64,000 nt of DNA. Origin: Camelus dromedarius. Taxonomy: Eukaryota. Every line of letters starts with the position of its first letter. Positions within the stretch are counted from its first letter, which is position 1. The notes under the pieces are model-generated. The model ran no database searches. It was not told the DNA's origin and saw nothing but the letters and a program-made list of their open reading frames with translations. The stretch spans positions 35,838,001-35,902,000 of the forward strand of contig NC_087437.1 in NCBI RefSeq assembly GCF_036321535.1, in the 5' to 3' direction. A program made the translations under genes and the position numbers. Positions 1-13,499 of the stretch are shown in pieces.

Positions 1-699
1 GTGACAGACGGTGTTTCTTTAGGTCATAGGCTTTGCAGCCTGTGGTGATCAGTTTGAATTCTAGCTCTTTCAGTCACTTCCAGGTCCCCGCTATCCCACC
101 TACACTTTCTGATCCCTGGTTGTGAAAATGAGCATAATTGCTTATAGCTGGTTATAAGAAATTATTCTAAGTGTTTCTCATATAGTGTTTATTTAATAAA
201 TAGTAGGTAGCTCACAATTACTGTATCATCCTAACAGAAATATTTTTCTTATATTATTATATGTAGAGGAGCAAAGTGGTTATGACCCTTAATTATGTGT
301 TTTAAAATAACACTAATTTACACTTTAAAAATCACTCATCCTTGGGCTATATTTGATGGGAACTTGTGTCACTGTGAGTAATTATATTGGAGGAAAATAA
401 AGTGCTATGTATTATTTTAAAAAGGAAATAGAAATTATTCATCAAGATTACAATCTAGGCAGGAGAATAAGTTGTGTGTACAAAAAAGTTGGTGAGGATG
501 TGAAAGGATGCTGCCGTATGATAAGGTGAAGTGGTTGATATGCACAAAGTTAGCAGGATGGTTAGTATGGGCTTGATGAAGTCAGATGTTAAACATGAAG
601 TGGAGACCAGGTGTCTGTCACCACTCCAGGATTTGGAATGGGTCTTGCACGTTTGCAAAGGGCTCCATTGAGGACGAATCATGAGCAGAACTGCAGAAG

Positions 700-930
700 A
701 GCATAGGGACTTAGGAGGCAGACAGTCCTATGCTGAAGCCTGGTTTAATCAAGTATTAACTATATGATTGTAAGCAGATTACTACACCCTTCTGAACCTG
801 CCTTTTCATTTATACAATGGGCACAACAATGCAATAATAGTTCACCACTGTCTATTGAAGGTGTTGTGAAAATTAAATGAGTTAATATGTGTCAAGCTCT
901 GAACACTGTGTCTGGAACACAATAAACATT
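700..930 (+). mobile_element. MIR SINE (degenerate)
   Basis: MIR core-like text 'ccttctgaacctgccttttcatttatacaatggg...gttgtgaaaattaaatgagttaatatgtgtcaagctctgaacactgtgtctgg'. Boundaries approximate. Confidence 0.75.
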
Positions 931-1974
931 AAAAAAAAAGTGACTTTTACTCCACTGTGGAATCACAGAGGCAGTTAGTTCAAACAAAGTCACAGGTACG
1001 AAAGTATACAATGTGTACAAAAAGGAAAGCAAAAATAGATAATTTTGGTTCAAGCTGAGTGTTGTGAATATGCAGTAGTTTATTAGTATGGAGTCAGATT
1101 GCAGTAAGTTTTGAATGCTGGAAATTTAGACTTTACACAGTAGGCAATGATGATCTTCTAAAAGTTTTATTAGCGGAGTGATAAGATAAACCAAGTATCT
1201 ATGTAATATTTGAAAAACTAACTTCAGGAACACAATTACAAACAGAATAGGAGAAAGATTACAGAAGATCCCCTACTATATCTTAAGTTCCAAGTGCAAT
1301 TGAAACGCACATTTAGAGAAAATGAGTAACTGATAAAATAGAGCTGAAGGAGGGACCTAATATCCCTGCTCATCTTGCGTAAACTATACCAGCCAACTCA
1401 TTAAGTTCTAAATTTCTAAAAAGGAAAGATCATATTTTTACTAGTATATGTGACTAAAATTGACAAGTGTGGCGATGTTTAGAAGAAGAGGCAAGGACTG
1501 AAAATGATCACTCCAGGATGCCCGTCTTATTTCTACCAGTGACCTTTACAGTTACAGTCCTTTTCTGGACTCCACTTGACACATTTATAAAACGAGGAAA
1601 GTTAACCAGGTGATGTGAAAAGAGCCAAATACAATTTTAATATTAAACAACTCTAACTTGATTGGGAAATTATTTAAATATTCTTGAGATAATAAATGGA
1701 AGTATAAGCTTGGTTTTATGAGAAGTTAGGGAAAAATATTCCCCGAAAGTAACTAATTTACCATTATGTGATTAGAACCTTGTGGTGGCCATCTTTATTT
1801 AGCTGAAATGTTTTTCTGATATAAATTTGTGAAGCTTGTTGGAGGGATGTGTGTGAGTTTGGATCATGTTTGTGTATGCATGTGGATATCTGACTATATC
1901 CCAGGTTGTGTGCATGTGTGTTTTGGGGGGGGGACTGAGGTACATTTCAGTGTGATTAATTTTTGTTTAGGTTT

Positions 1975-2142
1975 TTATTTTTTATAATAGATTTTTTTTA
2001 AAATTGGACCTAGAAATAGTCATTCTAAGTGCAGTAAGCCAGAAAGAGAAAGAAAAATACCGTATGATATTACTTATATGTGAAATCTAAAAAAAAAAAA
2101 AAAGACACAAATGAACTTATTTACAAAACAGCAACAGACTCC
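1975..2142. mobile_element. Short artiodactyl-type L1 insertion containing the ORF2 C-terminus and start of the 3'UTR; probably 5'-inverted
   Basis: 2007-2090 (+) translates to DLEIVILSAVSQKEKEKYRMILLICEI*, a typical L1 ORF2p C-terminus, followed by 'gacacaaatgaacttatttacaaaacagcaacagactc'. A T-rich tract lies at 1975-2000, and the direct repeat tttaggttt flanks the insert at 1966-1974 and 2143-2151. Confidence 0.8.
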
Positions 2143-5100
2143 TTTAGGTTTGTCATTGTTTTCTTAATCTCTTCAGTGTAAGACATACGTAATTCAGAAT
2201 CGTAAACTCCTTAAATTTTTTATTGTCCCTTTTAACTCAATCAAATATTTAAAAAACTATGCTTTCTTTTCCATAAAAACATGTATCATTTCATGCTATG
2301 TCATAATTTTATTAAATAGTGAATATCACATTTGACACCTATGTACACGAAGTGTCTTTTCTTCCTCTCTGATGAAGTTCAGGAAGCACAGAGAAAAGAG
2401 GGTGATTTTCTCATTTCTCTTGTCCCAATGGCTACAGAGCTACATATCTTTTATTTATATTTTTAGCACCTGTTTTTGTCAAGAATACATTTTATCCTTC
2501 TTCTACAGATTTGTTGTTTGAATGAAAAGTACTGCAACAGAAAACCAAAACAAAAATGTCAACAAATGAAAAGCAAAAGACTCTTAGAATGAGGTAGAGT
2601 CTCTAACAAGCTTTAGGAAACAGATTACAATTGGTGACATTATTATTCTGTATGTCAATTGCTTTTTATTATCCAGGCTTGAATGAAGTAGCACTGTAAT
2701 TTTGTTGCAGAAGTGTTGTTTCTCTCAGGGATTTGGAAAACGAACACAAATATATCTCTTGGTTTTTTTGCCTATAATGCCCAGCTACACCATCCTATCT
2801 TGAGTTGGCAGGATTTCCTTAAACCAAATGGTCAGTGTGTAGATTTTTCACAGCTTTACTCTCAATGGACTTTATCAGTGAAACTGTATTAAAGTTTAGA
2901 AGTTATATTAGAGATCAACAACCCACGACAACTGATTCAACTCAGAATGAGTCATAACTTAAATTGTCAGAACTAAGGGGATGGTGAGATTAGGCAGCGG
3001 GCCTGAATATGAGTGCACCATTTCTTTACCTGCAATCTTAGGCATAAGCTGTCTGTGCAGGATCAACTTGGATCAACACTAAATATTAATAACTACTAAA
3101 AAAGAAGAAATTGGAAATTGAGGAAAAATAAGGAACATAAAGTAAAAACACAGCCTCTGAATATATAATGGTGACAGTAATAACTGTTCTATTTTGGGGA
3201 CTATATTCTTCACTACCAGTGATGAGAGTCAGGAGGACATTATATGCCCTTGAAGGAAAGAGATAACAGAGCCTACTCATGCTGGAATCTGGCAGGGAAA
3301 TTTCAGGGACAGACAGAAAACTCTATCATCATGAAAAATGGTCAGAGAAAGTACTTTACACATATGTAAGACTGTACACACATATTGACGGAGGCCCATG
3401 TTGATGTTAAATATATTAGTAAAGTCTTTTTAAAATGTTCCTCATACAAAGAACTCAACTACTCCTTATATAATAAAGCATGCCAAAGGAGGTTAAAATT
3501 AAAAAAAAAATTAAACTCTTAAGTCAGAAGTCAGAAATTTCTCCATTTATGAGATATTGAAATTAGAAATGGAAAAGGTCTATTAGCTGTTCTAATATAT
3601 CTTGTTTTTGACAGGAAAATGATCCCCTTGGTTATCCTTACTTCAAGTTGAACCACTTACAAAATATATTATTATTGAAAAAAATAAATTATCCCTCTGA
3701 CCATTAAGATTTTCTTAAAATGGGATTTGGTCTTTAACAGAAAACTGTATTACATTTCATCCTTATTAAGCACTTTATTTCTATGCTTGATATGTATTTA
3801 AATTGCCATTTTGGGGGGAAGCCGTACTTTAAGATGGTTGGAAAAAACCCTTACCATTTTGTCAAGTGTCTAGTGTAAACCTTTGTGAAAACTTAAACAG
3901 GAGTTTTGATAAAAGGAATATTTAAATGCATTTAGGGTGAATCTTTTTTTTTAAGGGTAAAAAAACAAAAGGAATTGGAGGATTTTTTTTTTAGCTTACT
4001 TATTAGCTTACTTGTTTGTTGTTGATTATTTTACCCTCTTTTCATTCCCATAACATCTGTACATTCTCTCTCTTCTCTGGTGCCATTCAGTGGCATCTTG
4101 AATTCTCAGTCATCTCAGGAAGTCTTGGTCTTTTGTCATTGGGCTATGAAGAGTTAAATTTGTACATGACATTTTGATAGGGCTCTTTTAACCTATGCAA
4201 CTTCTTTAACAAAAGCATTTTGATGCTAGGAGCTTTTTGATGTGCCATGGTGATGTGCAATTTTGATGCAGGGCTGTTTTTGACGTGGCTTAAAAATGAC
4301 ATTTAAGTTTTCAGCTTTTATTGTCATCAGCCTCACCCTATCACTGAACTGATCTCACCCTACAATGAGGATGTGGCCTGAGATGTGTTCTGTGCCAAGA
4401 GCAGGTGTTAGGATCTGGACTGAAGTTTAGGCAGAGGGTCAGAGACCCTGGGGACAAGGCCCAGTCTGATGCAAACCTCATGTATCTAGGAGTCAATACT
4501 TAATTCCCTTGCACACATCCCTCCATCAACTGTTACAAGAAGTATATAAACATTCTGCCAGGACTCACCTGTATCCATGATTGTTTTATCTCAAATTCTT
4601 GGATTTTTTCCCCAGAAGCTTCAAGACCCATGGAAAAGTGATATTTGAATCATAGCGGGATCATGATTGCATCCAAATGGCCGAGGGAACCCAGTTTTTT
4701 TTTAAGTTACATTTCTATCAACTAGCTCTCACTGTACCAGTTACGTATAATATTGTGAAATTTGGGAGGCAAAAATGATACCCATTTAGAGACTAACATG
4801 TATCACAATCCTAGCATATCTTTCTTTCATCTTATTATAAAGGCAACATCCAATCATAGCAATTTGTAAATAAAGTTTAAAGTAAAGGCCCATGGTAGTT
4901 GAGGAACAAGAAACATCTAAATCTAAGGCTTTTTTTTCCTGCTGTATTAAATTAACTACACCAAAACGGCTGTGTGAAAACATACTCTGTTTCCAAACAG
5001 TTGAGCAAAAAATGATTGCTTTTAAAGAGTTGCACATTAGAAGAGGGAAATACTATTGAATGTCTTCACCTGTCCCATTTTTTTTTCTACATCAGCTTTA

Positions 5101-5490
5101 TTAAATCTGTGTCTAAGTTTTCATTGAGGTGTGAGGGCTGGCTGGCTGGCTGGTCTTTGCACCGAGATGCCATCAACAACATCATGGTTCAAAAGGGACT
5201 GCAAGTTCTCTGTGGTCAGTGAAGCAGCTCTCTCCTTAGCGAAGGCCTGCCCTGTTACCTGACCAGATTCTTGAAGACAAATAGCTTCTGGACTGAAAGG
5301 AGATGGCCCTCTTGCTTAACAATTTCCAGCCCTCATTGTTTATATCTGGCTGTGGGAGAGAAGTGAAATAGGAAAGAATGGAAAAGATGCTGTGGAACGG
5401 GATATAGATTACATACAATTTAATGAATTCTTATTTTCCTTCGATGAGCTGGGGTGCACCATGCTGTCAGTAAAGTCTACCTGGGATATG

Positions 5491-5540
5491 AACCCTAACC
5501 TTAACCCTTACCCTAACCCTAACCCCTACCCTAACCCTAA
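5491..5540 (-). repeat. Interstitial telomeric sequence (CCCTAA)8 / (TTAGGG)8
   Basis: Eight in-register hexamers at 5493-5540: five perfect CCCTAA plus CCTTAA, CCCTTA and CCCCTA. Confidence 0.92.
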
Positions 5541-8500
5541 CTGTACATGATTCCTTGGTTGCTCCTTGATTGTGGGTAGTAAAACCTAAAGACATAATTT
5601 CTTCCTTGAAGATAATTTACATATTCATGACTTTCCTTTTTTTATTACTTGATTTGATTTTACTTTTCCCTTATTAGCCAGAGGTTAAAATTAGTGATAG
5701 AAATAGAAAATCATTTTTCCCTTTTTTGCATCCTGCTATACCTTAATCTTGCAAGTTTATCACAGAACACATGGAAGCACATTCACACACACAACTCACC
5801 ATCAGACCCTCTCCTCCCTTATTCTGTGAGCTTGGCTCAGTAATATTGAAAGACAGATTATGAAGGTAAGATGGCTAATGTGCTGACAGGCTTATTTTGT
5901 TTGGAAGTAGTTGCATGTAGGTGGGATATAAATTACTATTTTATAAATAAAGAAAAATCCTAAAGCAGAGAGACTGAGGGTCTCTAGTATACAATGAGAT
6001 GCTCTTTATATGGTCTGAAACACAGATTTAGCCCTCAAAACAGTGGTCAGCTCTGAGGTAAAAATGATAGAAAAAAGAGATAAAGTAATGTCTTGGTGAA
6101 TGTCTTGATAAAAACAGTCTAGCTGTAAGAAATATGATTGTGCTATTGTATCATTAAGTTGTCTTTTTTGTTCGGAAATTTGATCCTCTGAAGACCTTAG
6201 CATATGTATTTATACAAGACTAGAGCATCTATATCCATACATGCTTTTCATTCCATAGGCATAAGGAAGTCAAGGTGAGGGGTGAGTGGGAAGTTCAGGG
6301 CAGCCAGAGGCCCTTAGCTGAAGTCAGACACTGTGGCTGGTACATCCTGACTGAAGTTAAGGGTGGAAGATATCCTTCTGGGTAAACTAAGAATCCTGCA
6401 GAACACAGGGCATCTTCTTCTGGTCATGTGGGGCGGGGGGGCGATGGCCCTTCCTTCAGTTGAAGAAGTATCATCACAGCCAGAAAGTGATGTTATTAAA
6501 AACTGCCCCAAAGACAAATCAATGCCTTTGTTTATGGATTTAACTGAGGTTCACTGTGTTTCTTCAACATCATAAGGTGTTCTAGGATGTTTCACAATCT
6601 TCTTCATCCCAACTAATCAAAGACACATTCAAGATTCAGCCCAACTCTTAACATTGTTATTAGTGAACCATTTCTAGTTTTAGGGCCACTAATCCCACAA
6701 ATTTATTTAAAAGTTTAGTGGCTATCTAAGGTGATTTTATCAAGTGATTTACAGATGATATTTGAAAATTGTCACTGGCAGCATACTTTTCTTGTTATAG
6801 AGAGTTCCTTTTATTTTTAGACTATTTTGTAGTTACCAGATGTTCTCTTATATACTTTTAAATTTTTCCAGCCATCCCTTGAAGGAGGCAAACTGTAGCA
6901 GCTCTGGAAACAGGTTGGTCAGATAGTGGTTTTCACATGTGATGACTGAAATAAGGCTGATGAAGTGCCCCTCTCCACCTTTCTCACCACTGGATACAAA
7001 GCCCTGAAGCTTGCAAAGACTCATGCTTGATTTCTTTCAGCTCATGGTTTATCACTCATGGTTGATCACTTAGGAGAGTGGGGAACTAGAAATGGGGATG
7101 AGTGTACTTTCCACTCTCATCTTACCAATGTTCCAAGAAGCAGAGCTGGGAGACCTTTGGAGATGTTTGGGAATCAAAGCAATATCTACAAAAGAAGTCT
7201 TAGAGCAGCCACCTTGGACTCAAAAGCTCAGCAAAGTTTTGTTACTGTTCTTAACATTGTTTTTTTCTCCCTTCCCTTTCTCTCCCCATCGCTCCCAGCT
7301 TCAGTGCTTAGCAAGACGCTGTTGTTCCTCTCTCTCTATGAGAACGACAAGAGAATTGAGTTGCCCTTGAATGTGTGCCTCCACGTTTTTATGTGACATC
7401 ACTTGAGCACTCACTAGAAGACCACTCAGAATCACTGCAGATGCCGCAGGTTCCTCACCTCTCCAATGCAATTAGAAAAGGCTTACAGTTTAGTTTCTAA
7501 AATATTTATCTCACAGAGATATGGTTTATGAAGCATGCCCCTTTTTGAGGCTTTAGCCTTGCTTATTAGTAACTATTTAAATCCTTTAAAGGAAATTTTT
7601 ATAGCTAGTTTTATTAGCTATAAAGAAATTGGAATAAGACATCTGAGAATATAGATTAAAAACATACTTTTTTCGGTAAATATATTTAGTGTCCTATAAG
7701 GTTTTACCTAATTTTTCAAATATCATCCCATTGTGTGGAACTCTATTTCACATTTCATAAAATGCTAGCTTTTGTCTTAATTCCTTTTAGATCTCTGTGA
7801 TCATGCTAATGTATCTGACTGGGCCGTAATAAAGTGGTTATTTCTACACCTGATTGAAAGCTATAAAGTGCTTAGAACCAGAAACTGAATTCTGAAAACC
7901 CATGGTTGTCATGGCAGCTATGAAATCCCTTTGGTGTTTCACAGTATAAGTATTGATCAAAAAGACGAATACCAACTGTTCTCAAAATGTGGTGAACTTA
8001 TTTTCCCAGGTCATTTGAAAGGCCCTAAAGGTAGAAATATCTACCTTAAAAAGTTACACAAGAAAAATAATAGAAATATATTACTAAAAAAAATAGGTCT
8101 ATTTCCTATATATTAAACCTCTACATAAATATCTATTAATAAATTTTTTTTCATGATTGGGGAAGGGAAGAACAGTGTATCAGATGTACAGGAACCAAAT
8201 TAAGCGTATTCCTATAATTTCCAGATTTCCAAAGTCAGCACACCATACCTAGAGCCAGTTCACTAATTTTCAGCTATCACTTGTATACATTTCCTCCTAC
8301 CAAAAAAAAAAAAAAAAAAAAAACCAAAAAAGTAAAATGAAATAATAGCAGTGCTCTTTGAAGAAGTACCATTATCAGTCTCATTGTGTACACTGTGGAA
8401 CTAAGGATAAGAAGGGTTGGGATGGATAATCTAACTTTCTTCTTAAGGCTATATTTCTACTGATAAATTATATCTGTTTTTAGAATCACTGAAATTAGGG

Positions 8501-10094
8501 TAAAGACTTCAGGCAGCAAGATACTTTACCTTCTTTTTTTCCCTTTATTTTTAAGCAAACTCATCAGTGGAATATATTTTAAAGTACTTCAATATGAATT
8601 TAAGGGGAAATAAAAATAGATCCTCACTCCAAGTTTTCATACACATTTGTGATATTGCCCCAGTTCGTTTTATTTCCATGTATACTTTAAAATATAATAC
8701 CATTTTCTTGTGTGAATAAAACAATCTAAAGAAATATTGATTAGCCAATTTAAGATAACATAGAATGTAAAACCTTCCCCCCCGCCCCAACAATAAACCA
8801 AAAACTATACAGAGCTTTTGCTTGCTTCACACTTTGATAAAGTTGATGGCTTTATTTAATAGCCTCCCAAAGGGTTTATGATGGAAATGCTAACATAAGC
8901 CAAACTCTAGTCCAAGTCAATATCTTTTCACATTAAACTCTAGACTGTGAAAAAAGTAACATGTGTAAATATGGGACAATCTTCAGTGCTTCTCATTGCT
9001 TCTCATCACCTCAATATATTGCTTGAAGGTCAAACGGTTTCAGAATGAATGGCAAGGTCATCCTCGGAGATAAAATAATAGTAAAGGAATAACAGAGCCT
9101 CAAGGAACAACTGCAGAAACAGGCCATTCCTTTGGTTGGTGGAAGATTTGGGGGGTGATGATTTACATATGAATCTCAGGTCTTCTATGACCAGCTGGTA
9201 AAGCCCTGTCCATCCTTCCCTGTAGACTCCCTTTCTACATCACTTGAGTTTCCAGCTCTGTGAAGTAAGCACTGAGCAGTCAGCTAGGAAGGACGGGGAA
9301 CACAGGTAAGATTCTCATTCATCTAAGATGATACATTTCCAGTGAAACCAAACTAAATTTAAAATGTTATTCTGAGATATGGGGGTTGTGATTTAACACC
9401 AACTGTCCAGAAGCTATGAGAACTGGTTGGAAACAGCAACCAGTTGAGACCCCATATTCCTTCTCCCTGTACCAAATGTTACCAACTTGTGTGCAGCCCA
9501 GTAGCCCAGAATGTATATGATGGTCCAGGAAACTCATCAACTCAGAAGCTCATCTCCTCTGGGAGGCCCAAGATGGTTTTATCACCAAAACATGTGCCAG
9601 TAAATTTTGTAGTGTCCTCAGTTACAGATACCTATTTATAGTATCTGACATATTTGTATTACTGGTATTTTCTGTATTGTTTCATGTTTGTCCTCTGTGA
9701 ACCTATGTGACAGTTTATGATACCCTTCCCTGTAGTTCTTCTATCAATGTTGCCAGAGAAATAAGCCTGCCATGCATCTGCTCATATCTCCATCCTCTTG
9801 AGAATCCTTGGTTGAATGGTACACAGTAATACCTGGTTTACTCTTGGGGAGAACACCGTTTGTTCAGCAATGATCTCCTCAAGGCTTCAGCAGAGTTTCT
9901 TAACTTTGGAAGACAGAGAGAAATGTCTTATCTCCAAGGGAAGAAATCAAGGGAGGGAGGAGTTGGTAGTATATAACATGAAGAAGTGTATTTAATACAT
10001 TTATTATTTTCTTTATGCAAACTGTTGGGAAAAATTCTTTTTGGCTGGTAGGGTTATGTAGAAGATGAACTAAAAAATTAACACACTTTAAACA

Positions 10095-10812
10095 TTTTAA
10101 AATTTAATTTAATCTTATTGTGGTAAGAACACTTATCTTGAGATGTACCCTCTTAACAAATTTTTAAATATGCCATACAGCATTGTTGACTATATGTACA
10201 ATGTGGTACAGTAGCTGTCTAGAATGTATTCACCTTGCTCAATTGAAGCTTTGTCCCCATTGATTAGTAACTCTCTTTTTCTCCCTACCACAACCCTTGG
10301 CAACTACTATTCCACCCTTCAGTTCTATGAATCTGACTACTCTAGATACTTCATGTATATGGAATCATGTAGTATCTGTCTTTATGTGATTGGCTTATTT
10401 CATTTAGCATAATGTACTCGAGATTCATCCATATTGTGGCATACTGCAAAATTCTCTCAGGATGGCTTTTTTCAAAAAAAATAGAGGACAAAAAGTGTTG
10501 GCGAAGATGAGGAGAAGTTGGAGCCCTGTACCCTGTTGTTAGGAATGCGCGATAGTACAGCTGCTATATGTAGGTCCCTCTAAATAGTAAAAATAGAACT
10601 ACTGTATGATTCAGCCATCCCACTTTTAGGTATTTATCCAGAAGAACTGAAAGCAGTATCGGGAAGAGATATGAGCACTCCCATGTTCACAGCAGCACTA
10701 TTCACAATAGCTAAGACATGGAAGCAATTTAAATGTCCATCAACAGATGAATGGATAAAGAAGATGTGATATATACATACTATGGAATATTATTTAGCCT
10801 TAAAAGAGGGAG
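10095..10812 (-). mobile_element. L1 (L1MA-like) with 5' inversion
   Basis: 10095-10458 is an L1 3'UTR/ORF2 end in minus orientation ('ggaatcatgtagtatctgtc...ggcttatttcatttagcataatg...gattcatccatattgtggc'). 10459-10812 is the immediately upstream ORF2 segment in plus orientation ('agtgttggcgaagatgaggagaag...aaatgtccatcaacagatgaatggataaagaag'). Confidence 0.88.
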
Positions 10813-12399
10813 CATGATTTTTAAAAGATTAAGAAATATTGGCCTTATGGTTAAAAAAATCAAAACTTTTTGCTTTGCATCCACAGCCTTCAGTATGACC
10901 CCTGTGAAAAATACAAGCTCACTTCCCACCCCACCTACATGCTCTGCTCCATTCTTCTTCTCAAACCCTGCAGGACTATAGAAAGAGTCAAAATTCCTGG
11001 AATATACAACGCCTCTAGCATTTTCATCATGAAGTCTCTCCTAACTTTCTCAAGCCATTTTAAGGCAACTGTCTCCTTAGTCTCTTCGCTTAGAATGGCC
11101 AAAAATAATCAGTGAAGTTATTTCCAGAATTGGGTTCAATATTAATTAAATTAGGACCAAAGATTATAATGTTAGTTGTGATATTAATTTAAACATTTTA
11201 ATACCCCTTAACTCTACACACTAAATAAGACATTGGCAATTTTAAAGAATTAATGAAAGTGACTTTAAATAGTATGATTAACTAGACTTTTCATGCCAAA
11301 TGTATCCAGTTGTGCTCACTTTAAATTCTATTTTAGGAGATACATAATGAAAACAGACATGTGATTAATAGAATATCCTGAAATATTCATAAGTTATTTT
11401 CAGCCAGGTGTTTCAGACATTGACAGTTTTTTTTAGTAAATTTAATTTAGTACTGCTGGGTACAGTATTTTGAAAATGACAAACGAAATTCTAATGTAAT
11501 ATTCTAATTTAAAACTGAATATATTTTTTCTTCTGAAAACATATTTAAGATAAAATTTTAATACGTCCCACATCTTAAAATTGCTGTTGGGAAATTTAAA
11601 ATGTCCTGCATATATTTGCTCACCCATCACCTCTGCTTTAAATATTAGCTGATCCTTCTCGCTTCTTACTTTGCCAAATAACGTCACTCTTGTTAGATTA
11701 TTCTAACAGAGCAGTAAAAAGGGTTTTCTAAGAATTCTTGAAGCAATATGAATGATCAGCTTTCTTCTGGTTAAAATTATGATTTTTTACATAATTTGTT
11801 CTTTCTGAGTGAAATCTTTATTTATTTTGCAAATATCAATTTAATCACAAAATACGTTATTGCAAAATATTGCTGAAAAAAGCATTTTAATATACAAGCA
11901 GAATAAATAGAATATAAACATTGTAGAAAATAACTCTGTGTGTGTAAATTTGTGTATAACCAGAAATTTATAAATAGTAAAATTACATATAAAATTTTAC
12001 TATAAATAGTAAAATTTATAAACAATGCAGATTTGACCACTAAAAATAATAAAGTATTTTTAGAGACAGAAATGTTCAATATTTATATAAGCATATGTTT
12101 TATCATATGGTTTCTATGTTTTTGAGTTTTTCTTAGATAAACCTTCTATTCTGATTACATGCACATTTAACATTGATCTTCTGGTATACTTGTAATTTCT
12201 TTTTTTGATGCATCTGGATTTAATGTTAGGAGATATTGTGAAGTTATGGAATGAACTTTTCCTATTTATTTGTCTATTTCTAAAAAAAACTCGAACTACT
12301 TACAAAAACTTATCTTCTGTTTCTAATGAACTGATTAGGATGCCTTAATTATATATATAATTTAATATTTTTTATTCTGTTAGAGAAAAAGACCAAAAT

Positions 12400-13085
12400 G
12401 ATTTTTGAAAAGCAATTAAATCATCTATAACAGAAAAGGCTTACTTTAGAATATTAAAATTGCTCTTATTAATCAAAAAAAATGCAGCCCAATCCAAAAC
12501 TAGGCAAATGACATGAACAGGAGATTTTTACAAGAAGTATGAACATCCATTACCAATAAACATGAAACAAAATTTCTCTTCATTCAATTCAGTGAAAATA
12601 GGTGAAAACAATAGCAAGGCGGTTTTTTTTTTTTCTTTCCTTTAGAGCAGAAAACAACAAATTTAATGAAACCCAGTTTTGACAAGGGTGTACAAAACCA
12701 AACTGTCTTGTATATGTTGCTGAAGAAATGAATTGATACAGATTCTTTGAAAGGAATTTGACAATACCTGTCACTTAATTTGGCAATTCCATAATATATG
12801 TGACAGTAAATTGTAGTTTATAAATTTATCTTAAAATATACCTGCACTCCAGAAAATGCAATCAAGTCTCCAGTGCCAGAAAGCACATCACTGGATACCC
12901 AGGGAAGAGGCTGAGAGGCAGGAGAGTAGCATCACAAAGGGACAGCTTTTGGGGCTGATGTACGTGTTCAGCATCTTGACTGTGGTGATTCTTTGAAGGG
13001 TGTATGCATCTGTCAAAATTGATCAAATAATACACTTTACGTGCATTTCATTGCATGTCAATTATACCTCAGTAAATCTGCTACG
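12400..13085 (+). mobile_element. Old L1 fragments (L1MC/MD/ME-like ORF2 end and 3'UTR)
   Basis: 'ggcaaatgacatgaacagg...ccaataaacatgaaa' is an ORF2 remnant. 'catcttgactgtggtgatt...gggtgtatgcatctgtcaaaatt...gtcaattatacctcagtaaa' is a 3' terminus. Boundaries approximate. Confidence 0.65.
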
Positions 13086-13499
13086 AGTGGGAGAGAGAGA
13101 GAGAGAGAAAGGTGCATAAATGTGAAAAAACATTTGCCAAAAAATTTTCCTTGCATCACCATTTAAAGTGACAACTGGTAAGCAATCCCCTATATGCACG
13201 ATAGCTAAATAAAAATAATATAAATCAGCAAATACTCATAAAAGACCTTCGATGTGAAAGCAATTTAAAAAATATATAAACCAAAGTTTTGTAGGGGAAA
13301 AATAAGACTGGAAGCAAAAATTGAGATATCTTTAGACAGTTTTTTACTTGAAATATGTATTTTCTAGCATTGCTCTCATAAGTATGCATTTTTATTTTAA
13401 AAATAAACAAAGAAAAGTGAACATTTTAACAGTTAAGAGGGGAACACCGTCAGCTACTGTATTCACAGAGTAAATCATATCGAATACTATCAAATTTGT

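Noticed and set aside
7598..7624. 10-bp AT-rich hairpin tttatagcta/tagctataaa, and similar ones near 14449-14532 and 52477-52510
   Set aside because: Low-complexity AT-rich palindromes are expected at this base composition.
9226..9305. Plus-strand acceptor/donor pair (ccttccctgtag ... CAG|GTAAGA)
   Set aside because: Isolated, with no recognisable peptide and no supporting neighbours; such pseudo-exons are expected by chance.
10751..10981. ORF starting [14 protein letters not shown]
   Set aside because: A well-known alternative-frame reading of the L1 ORF2 3' end that runs into flanking DNA; not a gene.
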